Shown piece after piece: positions 37,906 to 48,500 of a stretch of DNA of 64,000 nucleotides. Position numbers and translations under genes: made by a program. Numbering within the stretch: the stretch's first letter is position 1; the number at the start of each line of letters is the position of its first letter. This DNA is from Candidatus Uhrbacteria bacterium (lineage in GTDB: Bacteria; Patescibacteriota; Patescibacteriia; JACRJV01), in NCBI GenBank assembly GCA_016215325.1, contig JACRJV010000003.1, forward strand, positions 36,191 through 100,190. Direction: 5' to 3'. The notes beneath the pieces were generated by a model that saw only the letters and a list, made by a program, of their open reading frames with translations, had not been told where the DNA came from and made no database searches.

Positions 37906-38301
37906 TTACTGGTACGGATTCCATCCCAATACCTTCTGCTCAAGCCTCTCCATCGTTCTCGCCTGCTGGCCACCGTGTTCATGATCATATCCAAGGATAT
38001 GCAGTGCGGCATGGACAATAAGGTGTTGCGTGCGCTGGATCATCTTCGGTCGAGGCACTTCTTGGGCGATCACCGCCGGACATACGATAATGTCGCCCAT
38101 CACTGTACGCTTATTCCCCCACCCGATGGACAGAACATTGGTCGGGCGATCAACCCCCCGATATGCGCGATTCAGTGCCCGCATCCGCTGCCGCCCGACT
38201 GCCGTAATGCTCAACCGAGCCGATCGCTTAAGCACGCGGTTTAAACCCGCCATAAGCTCCGCGACATCGAGCCCAGGACGTATACTCGTTAAAACGATCA
38301 C
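37906..38301 (-). CDS. ybeY: rRNA maturation endoribonuclease YbeY
   Basis: HLIVHAALHILGYDHEH zinc-binding motif. Confidence 0.85.
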   Translation of the reverse strand: MIVLTSIRPGLDVAELMAGLNRVLKRSARLSITAVGRQRMRALNRAYRGVDRPTNVLSIGWGNKRTVMGDIIVCPAVIAQEVPRPKMIQRTQHLIVHAALHILGYDHEHGGQQARTMERLEQKVLGWNPYQ

Positions 38302-38302
38302 A

Positions 38303-39520
38303 TTAAAAGTTCCAAAATGCTTTTATCGTCGGGATCTGGAAACTGGCAACCATCATGGCATACAGCTGTTTATACGAGGCAACGGTTTCGCCCGCGGCAT
38401 GGTATTGAATCGAAATAAACCACCGAGACCCACCGGAGGTCACGTCGAAGACAGTCAGCAGACCAGTAGGGCTCGTGATACCGGTAAGCCCTGACTTTGT
38501 GGAAACAGATTTGATTTGCGATGCCGACACGTCCGTGTGTTGCGAAAGATACCATTGCTGCGCAGTAACCGATTGGGTATTGACAACGGCGCTGACCGTC
38601 ACCGACGGACCCGTGGGAGACGTGAATACAATTTCATCGCCCGTGCTGGATGTAGACCGTGCCACCCAGGCCGATGGGTACAACAATTCATAGCCCACAC
38701 TCGGATGATGATATTTGTTGACAATGGTCGTCTCCCAAATCTTTTTGGATGAATCGGGACTGTTGGGGCTAAACAGATTTAAGACTTCTTTGCCGTCAGA
38801 AAACCCATCTTGATCCGTATCGGGATTACTAGGGTCCGTGCCAAATACGATTTCTTCCGAATCACTGAACGCGTCCGTGTCCGTATCGACGGCGGCGGTA
38901 AGCGGAGAATCCTTTGTGTCGGCTTGCACTGTTGGAGGGGTTGCTGTTGTATCGGTTGTTGTTCCCGTTGGAGTATTGGCGGCGCCTGTTGTCGTCCCAT
39001 TAGTTGCTGAATTCGTTCCTGCTGCAGACGCGCCCCCTGTCGCCGAACCGACTGGAGCAGTCCCCGTTGTCGAAGGATCTTGGCCAGAAGGCTTGACAGC
39101 GGTGGAGTCGGGAGCTGTTGATGGGGGGTTGCTCGCTGAGGTATCGGGAGGTGTTGGTGTCGGCGCCGAGTTAGATGGCGACGTCTTGGCGATCTCGGGC
39201 GTTGGTTCATTCGTTCCCAAACGATTCTGTACAAGCATGCTAATACCCACAATCGCCCCTCCAACGACAATCACGACGAGGGTGACGAGCCCGATTTTTT
39301 TCCATGGGAGACTTGCCTTGGGCGGAATGAAAAACTTGGATGGCATGACGGTGACATGTTCTTCCTGAATAAGCGGTGTGCCACCCGCCGGTTTTACAGA
39401 AGGCGCAGATGCGGGTTGAGCAGCGGGAGTTGCAGTGGGAGCAACCGGAGCAGGCGATGCCGGAGGAGCACCCGTGCCGCTGCCGACAGTGGGCAAGTTG
39501 GGTGGAGCAGAGTCGAACAT
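38303..39520 (-). CDS. Pro/Thr/Ala-rich membrane-anchored protein with C-terminal globular domain (hypothetical)
   Basis: Single TM (LVTLVVIVVGGAIVGISMLV), ~170-aa low-complexity P/T/A/S linker, acidic DxDxD motifs (DPSNPDTDQDGFSDGKE). Confidence 0.5.
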   Translation of the reverse strand: MFDSAPPNLPTVGSGTGAPPASPAPVAPTATPAAQPASAPSVKPAGGTPLIQEEHVTVMPSKFFIPPKASLPWKKIGLVTLVVIVVGGAIVGISMLVQNRLGTNEPTPEIAKTSPSNSAPTPTPPDTSASNPPSTAPDSTAVKPSGQDPSTTGTAPVGSATGGASAAGTNSATNGTTTGAANTPTGTTTDTTATPPTVQADTKDSPLTAAVDTDTDAFSDSEEIVFGTDPSNPDTDQDGFSDGKEVLNLFSPNSPDSSKKIWETTIVNKYHHPSVGYELLYPSAWVARSTSSTGDEIVFTSPTGPSVTVSAVVNTQSVTAQQWYLSQHTDVSASQIKSVSTKSGLTGITSPTGLLTVFDVTSGGSRWFISIQYHAAGETVASYKQLYAMMVASFQIPTIKAFWNF

Positions 39521-39586
39521 ACGCGTTAGGAATGAAGAGATAAGCCTGCCTGCCGGCAGGGAGATAACGAATGTTACGATTGAACA

Positions 39587-42500
39587 TTACGGTTTATTGA
39601 GGCGCAACAAATTGGCATTGCACCCATTTGCTCCAATAGATTTGGCAACATTCGAAGCAACACCGTTGACAAACGGGCCGGGAGTCAGTGCGCTAAACGG
39701 ATCCCCAATCTCCCGGTCGCGGCTAAACCCAGGACGACTGGACGGCCATACCTCAAAGAATGTTCCCAAATACCCATCGGCGATAGATGGTACGTTATTC
39801 GGGCCTTTTGCGCTATAGACATACGCGCGAGCATTGCCGGCACTGGGGCATTGGAAGTTTTTTGCTGCCTCATCCCAGCACGTTTGCGGGTCGTGCGGAC
39901 GATTGCATCCGACAAAGTAATTGAGTGGATCACTTGCGATCCGCGGCCCTCCATCAAGATTCTCTTTCAGGGTCTCCTGCCAGCTCGGCCACGTACTGTA
40001 GCTTAACCCACGAATGAACGTCCCGGCGGTGAGTTCGGGGAATTTGCTGTTTTGCGTGGCATAATTCTTGAGACGCACTTCCAAATCACGCAAGTCAGAA
40101 GCCCGCCGCACATCGCGTTTTAGCGCAGTGCGCACCCCAGGATCGTCAATATTAAGCGCGAACTTCCAACGATTGAGCAGCTGTGGGACAACGGATTGCA
40201 TTTCTTTGCGGGCATCCTTTGTGATCGAGAGCAGATACACGTTCGTAAAGAGCTGCTTATATCGTGAACGGGCAGTCATACCATCAGAACCGACAACTGT
40301 ATTATCAAGCACGTCATCATCGCGCAAGCGGGCCATTGTATAATACCACGTATCCCCTTCCTGGATACCATCCACGCAGTCTTCGCCCTCGGGCAATGTC
40401 GGTGCGTAGGTCCGTCGATTCTGGCAATCAATACTGCTGACGCTCGCGCGGTCGGCGCGAGGATTTACAACCGCGTTCGACTCCAAATACCAGCGAGCCG
40501 CGGAGAATTGTTGGCCATTTTGCATCACCGTGAGAGCAATCAAATCAGGCGCACCTGGTTCTCGGAAGTAGAATTGCTTCAATCGCTGGCTGGCAGGGGT
40601 TCGAAGCCGCGGCAATTCGACGCTTTGCAACCGAAGATCTGGCAACAACTTGGGCATTGCGTAGACTTTAATCGAGCTCAATATTCCGGATGCACCCTCA
40701 TTGTCTGCAATGCGATACCGCGGTTCGATGGATTGCGAAATGGGCGCCACCGGCACATTCAAGCCGCTCCCCTGCCGAAGCCATGTTACACTCACCGGCA
40801 TGACCATCGTCCTGGAGAGGGTCCCTTGGCCTACCGTCACCGTGATGTTGGCCGTACCGTTGCCAACAGAACTGATGGCGAGTTGCTCGCTCCCGAGCCC
40901 CGGCTCATCCTGTCCGGAGTGGATTCTGACAATGTTGTTGTTGCCGTCAGATGATGCCCAGGTATAGGTCAGTCCGGTCTTAATTTGTGTGCCATTTTGA
41001 TCGTAGCCCTCTACCTTAAATAAGTGTTGATTTCCCGCTGTCGCCGGATCATCGTCGTCGCTACAGCGATCGCCCACACACGAAAATGCATCACTGCGCA
41101 CTTCTTCCAACGGCACTCCATCGCGGCAGTACCCAATCGAGAACGATTGATATTGACCATTGATGCTCTGTTCCCCCGGAATCCGGCTGAAGTTACCGCT
41201 GCGCAAATGCATGGTCGCGTCATACTGATTAAAGAGGAAGCGATTGGCATAATCTCGAGTGTCGTCAAAGGGGAATGCCCCCACTTGCGATGGCCAGGGA
41301 TGCTCACAGGGGAAGACCTCAACATTAAGTGAGCGCGTTGCCGATGTCCCACCTTGCGCATAAACGCCATCGCCCTCCGCGGTAAATCGAATCGTCGATG
41401 TCCCAGCATCCCCATTTGCGGTGACATACACGCCGCTTAATCGATTGCTTGCATGGATCGAATTGGGCAAAACAGTCCATTGCGCAGATGTGCTTGGCTT
41501 TGGCTCGAGACGCTGATAGAAGCCCAATTGTTTGTTGAGCATATTGGCGGGCGTACCGCTCAAATCCGACAATGTGAGGAGGGTATCGAGCCGCGGATTT
41601 GAAGGGATCACCTCTGCGCGCACATCCAGCCATAACGGTTGTGTGCCTTCTTGATCGGCATAGGCTTGCAAAAGATAACGATGTTGAACACCCGTCCGCC
41701 CTTTGAGCCCATAATAGCAATTCTCCCACTGCGCGAACGGATCGGACGCGCTGTAATTGATGAGCCGGCTCATTGCCTGCCAGTAGTCCGCCGCTGCCGG
41801 GTCCGGACATACGGTATTTGCGGGCCCATCCATGTCATCAGGGCAGGTATCACGACCAGCGCACAAGAAACTGTCGCTATAGATATTAGTAAGTGGTAAC
41901 TCCTCGTCGGCCGTTGTTGCCCGCTGCAACCGCAGCTGGCGCAACATACCAAGGCTTTGCGGCGCGATAAGATCCAATCGCTTCACTTCGCCGCCAAGCC
42001 CTATGGTCAATGAATTATTCGTCTCGTCTGTTTCTTCCACGGATCGCAACCCATCAAGATCAAGGCGAACCGACCGATATGTTGCGAGTGATTGTGTCGG
42101 ATCCTGGAAGACAACATCCACCACCGCATCCGGATCGAGTGGAGAATCCAGCGGCGGGATCACTCCGGAGCCACCCGGAATGGGGGTTGCAAACGTTGAC
42201 TCTTTAAATATTCCATTTTCATACAATAAGGCGGCAAAATTCTGTGTCACCACCCCAGGCCCCAGGTTGATGGCCCGGAACTTCAGCTTCCATATCCCGC
42301 CTTCTTCAAACCGTTCAAAGGGGCTGGCGGTAAATGCCAAATCCGGAAGATTGCGACCCACAATAACCTGACGACCATTGTTTTCTTCGTCGGATTCTTG
42401 GATCATGTTGTCGCGATAGCTTGGATTCCCCCGTATCTGCGTGACAACATATTCAGAACTCGAATCTGGAAAAACTTCCGTATCCTGATCCAACGAATCC

Positions 42501-45500
42501 AGGACCACGCGCAATGCATTCGGTTGGTTCACATTAATATCAGATGGCAAGATAAATTGCAGCGTCAGTGTTGCGCCAGGATCCATCCGCTTCGGCTCTT
42601 GTCTTGGCCATGTATCGAGCCACAAGAGTTTGTTGTTCCAATAGATGCTCACCGGGAAATCCCGCATTGCAGCGATGGACCCTTGATTTTTTATGACCAC
42701 CTGTCCATAGTGCGTCCGCCGTATCATACCGGAACAAACGGGTAAATTTGCACTCGCGCCATCACAAGTCAACGCGCTTAACGATTCGATTGTAAGGTCG
42801 GGGAGCCGCGGCCCTTGATCAATCCCCGCATACGCCAAGGTGATCCAATTATTGACGGACGATCCGGCGCTACTGAATCCTGGCAGGCCCCATGCCGATA
42901 TTCCCAAATACCCTTCGGGATAGTTATGGGCGATGGCAATCTCCGGCAGTGAATTAACGCGGATCTGCGAATCCGCACGGTCGCCGTTTACTTCGAACGC
43001 AAGGTTCGTAAAGGATCCAATCCACCAGTCTAGCGCGGCCTCAATTTCATGGGCATCCCGTTGCTCGTCGCTCGTGGGCGTCGCGATATCGTAGACACGG
43101 ATACGGTACTGATGTTGTGCTTGCCCATCGCGCGCGTACTCGTCTCTGCCGCCAGTGGGGAACGGCCGATTCTGGGAATCGAAGATTTCAACCGACCGAA
43201 CCAATGGCAACGCAACCGTGACCCGCATGGTTTTGCGCGCCGAACGACCATTGATTTGCCGCGCGATCACGGTCACATCAAAGCTGCCGTTGTCTACCGG
43301 CGTTGCGAACAAATCATCCCCTTGATTGGTGCTCTGCCGTTGATGATTGCTTAACTGAACGCCCGCGACACCCGAAGAACCTTGTCCAACAGCCCACTCG
43401 AACGACGCATCGAGCCGACAATCACCATCGGCACTGCAGGCTTGCGCACTCCACCGATGTTGCACTCCCGGATCAGAACCCCGATCATCGGCGCAACGCG
43501 TCCCCCCACAGGCAAACGAGTCGCTCGTTGCCGGGGTATCAGGGCCAGGATCCACAATAATGTTGACATGATCGAGCAGTTTCGGTCCCGGACCAATTTC
43601 CATGGTCGCAGATGCGTTATTGGAAAGCTCGGAATCGCCCACAGCATTATAGGCAAGGATGCGGTAGTGATAGGGGACATCCTGTTGCACGGTCCGATCG
43701 CGGTAGTCTCGCTCCATGGGGTTGACAAATGTCGCCACCAGACAGAAGGCGCCGCTGCCAGAACCGGGAGTTGTCGGACAGGGATTGGTGGGCAGAGGTA
43801 ACTCCGGCTCATCAGCAATAACGGAATCATCCCTGTACAAGCGGAATCCGAGCACCCCCGGACCAGAAGGATGCGGTGACCATTCGAGCGCAATCGTCCC
43901 GTCATCCGCCCATGCGCTTAAATTTGGTCGGTACGGTTCTGTTCCGTCATGTTCGCAATCCGGACAAATTTTACCACTGGCCGGGTCGGATAATGGCGAG
44001 AGTCCCCACTCGTTATAGGCCAAGATGCGATAATGATAGAGGAGATTCGATCGCACAGCGTCATCGCCGTATCGTGTTTGACTGCGGTCAAATACGCCGA
44101 CCAAACAGAGTTGATCGCCAGCGGCCGAGCCTTGAGCGCCGCACGAGGTGGTCGGCAGCGTCGCGAGCTCATCGGGGATCGGCTGGCGGGATCGATACAA
44201 TCGATACTCGTCAAATGGGGCACCCTCGGTATTCGGCAGCCATCGCACTTCAACCGCCTGGCCGTCATCCGTGGCCGAAAGATCGTCCGGTTTAAACGGG
44301 GCCATCCCGATCACTGTGGCGCACTCTTCTATTGTCGCTTCCCCTTCGCCCATCGCATTATAGGCGGCAACCTGATAACACATCACGGACCCCGGGGCGA
44401 GCCCTTCGTCATCGATCACCGTCTCGCTTACTTGTCGTAAGAAAGCAAAACTCCCGCCGTTGCCGTTGCGGCGATAGATGCGGAATCCCAGAATTGCACC
44501 CGTGCCCGATGAGGCCGGAGCTTGCCATCGGATCGTCGCGTGCTCCACGAGTCCTTGGACGGTCAGTGTACGAGGGACTCCTGGCACTTCACCCACCGCC
44601 GTGGGGGTCGCACATTCTTCGCTCGCGGCAACGCCTTCGCCTTGCTGATTATGGGCGCTTACCGCATAGCAATAGACGCGGCCGTTGGCAAGCCCAGAGT
44701 CCTCCAGACGAAGATTCGTGAGCGTCGTCACATCCTTCAAATAGATCAGCGCTCCGTCGTTGCCTTCACGGCGATACACCGTGTACTTGCCAATCGCAGT
44801 CGTGCCGGCGCTTGCAGGCGCTTCCCATGTGAGGACGATGCGGCGATCCAATCCATCCGCAACAACATTCCGTGGCATTCCTGGAACCACCCCCGACGCC
44901 GTTGGAGTTGCGCACCGTTGGTCGGTGACCTCCCCTTCGCCGTGACCGTTCACCGCAGAAACGGCGTAACAATAGACAGTGCCGTTCTCCAGGTTCGCGT
45001 CGTCAAGCAAGAGCGCTGCCGCATTGTCAACATTTCTATAAAAAACCTGCTCTCCGGCATTGCCCACCTTGCGATACACCGTATACTGATCGATGGGAGA
45101 TGAACCGGCGGAAAGCGGTGGCTGCCATGTAATGCGGATGTTCTCATCCGCGGGAGCTGCCGCCAAGTTCCGAGGAATGCCCGGGACGCTATTGCAGGTC
45201 GTACACATGCTCGCGCTAGCGGGATTGGACAACGGCGAATCCCCGACACCATTATACGCCAGGATACGATAATGGTAGACAGTATCCGGCTTTACCGCAC
45301 CATCAACAGCGGTTTCGGCATCTTCCGCAATTGTTGCAGGAACCAAGCAGAACGCATCACTGGCAGTGCTCGCGTTTGCCCCGCAAGAATCGGTCGGCAA
45401 CGAGGTCGGCGCATCCGGGATTGCTTGGCGCGATCGATACAATCGGAACCCTGTCGGCCTCGCTCCCGCAGGACTCACAGACCACGAGAGCGTAAGCGCA

Positions 45501-48500
45501 GCGGCATTGAGCGGACTATTGGTTGCGGTTAAATCCTGGGGCGCAAACGGCGCACCACTGCCGCCGTCCTCGTATTGGCACGTTGCGTCGCATCCATCGC
45601 CATTATTGCGGTTGCCATCATCGCACTGCTCGCCGGGATTAATGGCATTGTTGCCACATAGCTGCGGGTTCTCTAACTCGCATTGTGCGCTGCATCCATC
45701 GCCATTGCTGGTATTGCCATCATCGCACTGCTCGCCGCTATCGATATCCCCGTTGCCGCACGAAGGTCCTGTGCCAATTGTTGCCTTGGCAAATGCATTA
45801 TTCGAGGACGGCGAGTCACCGGCATCGTTGAATGCGAGAATACGGTAGTGATAGATGGTCCCCACAACTACTGCTTGATCAGAGTAATCTTGTGCAGACT
45901 CCTCAAACCGCGACACAAAACAAAATGCAGCGCTTGCGGATGCAGAATCGGTGCCACAGGAAACAGTCGGCAGATTTTCCACTTCGTCCGGTATGGCCTG
46001 GGTGGAACGGTACAGTCGATACCCTTTGGGCGCAGCCCCGTTGGAATTGGATTGCCACACAAGGTGAACACTGCCCGCGCCCTCTGTCGCAGAAAGTACG
46101 GGCGGGAATGGACGCGTTCCATCCTTGCCGCAGGTGGGGCATGCCTTGGCGCTGGCAGGATTTGAGAGCGCCGAATCCCCATCCGCGCCAATCCCAAGAA
46201 TGCGATAATGATACAAAACGTTGGATGTAACGGCGCGGTCGCGATATTCGCGATCCCCTGCCGCAAGGGCACCACTGGCGAGACAGAATGCATCGCTGGC
46301 ATTTTCTTGGCTTGTTCCGCAAGAAACGGTTGGCAACGGCAATGCCGGCTCATCCGGGATTTGGGATCGGGATCGGTACAATCGATATCCGGTCGGCTGT
46401 GGGCCTTGGCTGTTGGGATCCCATTGGATAATGGTGGCGGTTACTCCATCGGTCGCGGTGAGCGTGGGCGGGAATGGTTCGGCGCCCGTGTGGCCACACG
46501 TCGAACAGGTTTTTGCGCTGCCCGCATTGGAAAGCGCGGAATCGCCCGCATCGTTATATCCCAAAATACGGTAGTGGTAGAGCGTATTGGGCTTAATTGC
46601 TCCATCATTGTAATGACGGATATTGCCTTCGAATTGACTCACTCGGCAGAATTCGTTATTAGCATTGCTCGCATTGTTCCCGCAAGAAACGGTCGGCAAC
46701 GATACAGGAGCGTCGAGTATAGGCTGAGTGGATCGATAGAGAGTGAACCCTATTGGCTGGGGCCCATACGGATTCGGGACCCAATCTACGGCGATCCGGC
46801 TGCTTCCATCCGTTGCTGCAAGGTCCGGTGGATATGGTACCGTTTCTTGCCCTTCGGTGCGCTGGCATGTATTCGTACAACCAACACCCGATTTTCCATT
46901 TTGTCCCCCGGCATCGCACTGCTCGCCCGGATCAACTCGATTGTTCCCACACAGCTTAGCGTCTTCTAATTGACACGAACCACTGCACCCATCCCCATCG
47001 CTAGTGTTGCCATCATCGCATTGTTCTCCTCGGGCAGATTGGACCGTCCCATCCCCGCATTCTTCCCCATAACATTGATCTCCAATCAAGACAGGACGCT
47101 CAAGTGGGCAATCAACTACGTTGCACACTTGGCAATCAGCTCCACCGCAATCAATGCCCGTCTCGTCGGCATCTTGGATGCCATTGGCGCAATGCCCTCC
47201 TCCCAGTCCTCCGCAAGAGCGGCAATCTGCCCCTCCGCAATCCACATTGGTCTCATCCGCATCCCTGCGCAAATTAGTACAGTGGCCGCCCACACAGGTG
47301 TTGGTGACTGGATCGCAGGTTTGCCCGTTTTGGCAATCGACATCGGATCGACATTGCGGTGGTCGGCATGACCCGTCGATACATTGCATGCCATACGGGC
47401 AATCCACATCAGTGGAACACAGCGGCACGCAAATGTTGAGCAGCGTGTTGCAGATTTCGCCATCGCGGCAATCATCGTTGCTATCGCAACCCGGGGGCCG
47501 GCATTGTCCAGAACGCAGATCACAAATAAATCCAGGGCGGCAATCGCTGTCTGCCCGACATTCTTGCCCATTATCCGCGCTCTGGCACCGACCGTTGACG
47601 CAGCGGCCGAACGGGCAATCGGCATCCACCGAGCATTGGAGATCTCGACTCGTTAATATATCAAACGGCAACCCATTGGAGGCGACCTCTGCTTGATCGG
47701 ACACTGTCTTCAACCCCCATGGGCACACGCCACGGAAGGTGACCCAACGGCATTCTTGTCGGATGTTGTAGTGGATCACGGTGCGCAATACGACGTCGTC
47801 GCTTTCGGCGGAATCTGGCACTCGCCATCGCACGCTTTCGGGCGTCCAGCTTTGATAGCGCGCATCGAGCCGACCAAGGGTAACCCCCCGAGCATCGGAA
47901 GCCTTACCAAAACGCACACCGCGCGCGACAATAGAATCACCCGTCAATCCATACGATGGGATCAGCCGACAGAGCCCAGGACCAATCGGATCTTGCGTCA
48001 GCGTGAACGCCCCGCTCTGTTGCGGTTTGGTGGTGAGCGCGCCCGCCGGGGTGGTCGGAGCGGTTGTCAACCGAACCAATCCATTTTTTGCGCCCTTGGG
48101 GATTTGGACAATAACCCAGCGATCAGACCACGCAGATCCCGCACACTCTTCCGGCAATATGGCTTGGGCGTCGTCCGTGGGATCTTTGGGGTCTCCTTCA
48201 AAAATCACTTTGCCCGGCACATATCCAAAATTTCCACCGATGATCGTCATCCACCCGCCCTCTGGGCCCCGGTCTGGACTCAAATGATCAATAAACGGGT
48301 CCATGGTAAATGTCACAGGGTTAGATTGGTTCTTGACGACCGTTGCAAGGACATACCCCGTACGCGACCGATTGGGCACCTCCACTTCTGCGCTCGCATC
48401 GGACCACGAACCATATTTCTCCACCGGAATGCCAATAAATTTTACAACGCTGTCTTGGCGCGTATCGCCCAAGTTGTCACCACGCAACGCAACCGGGTCG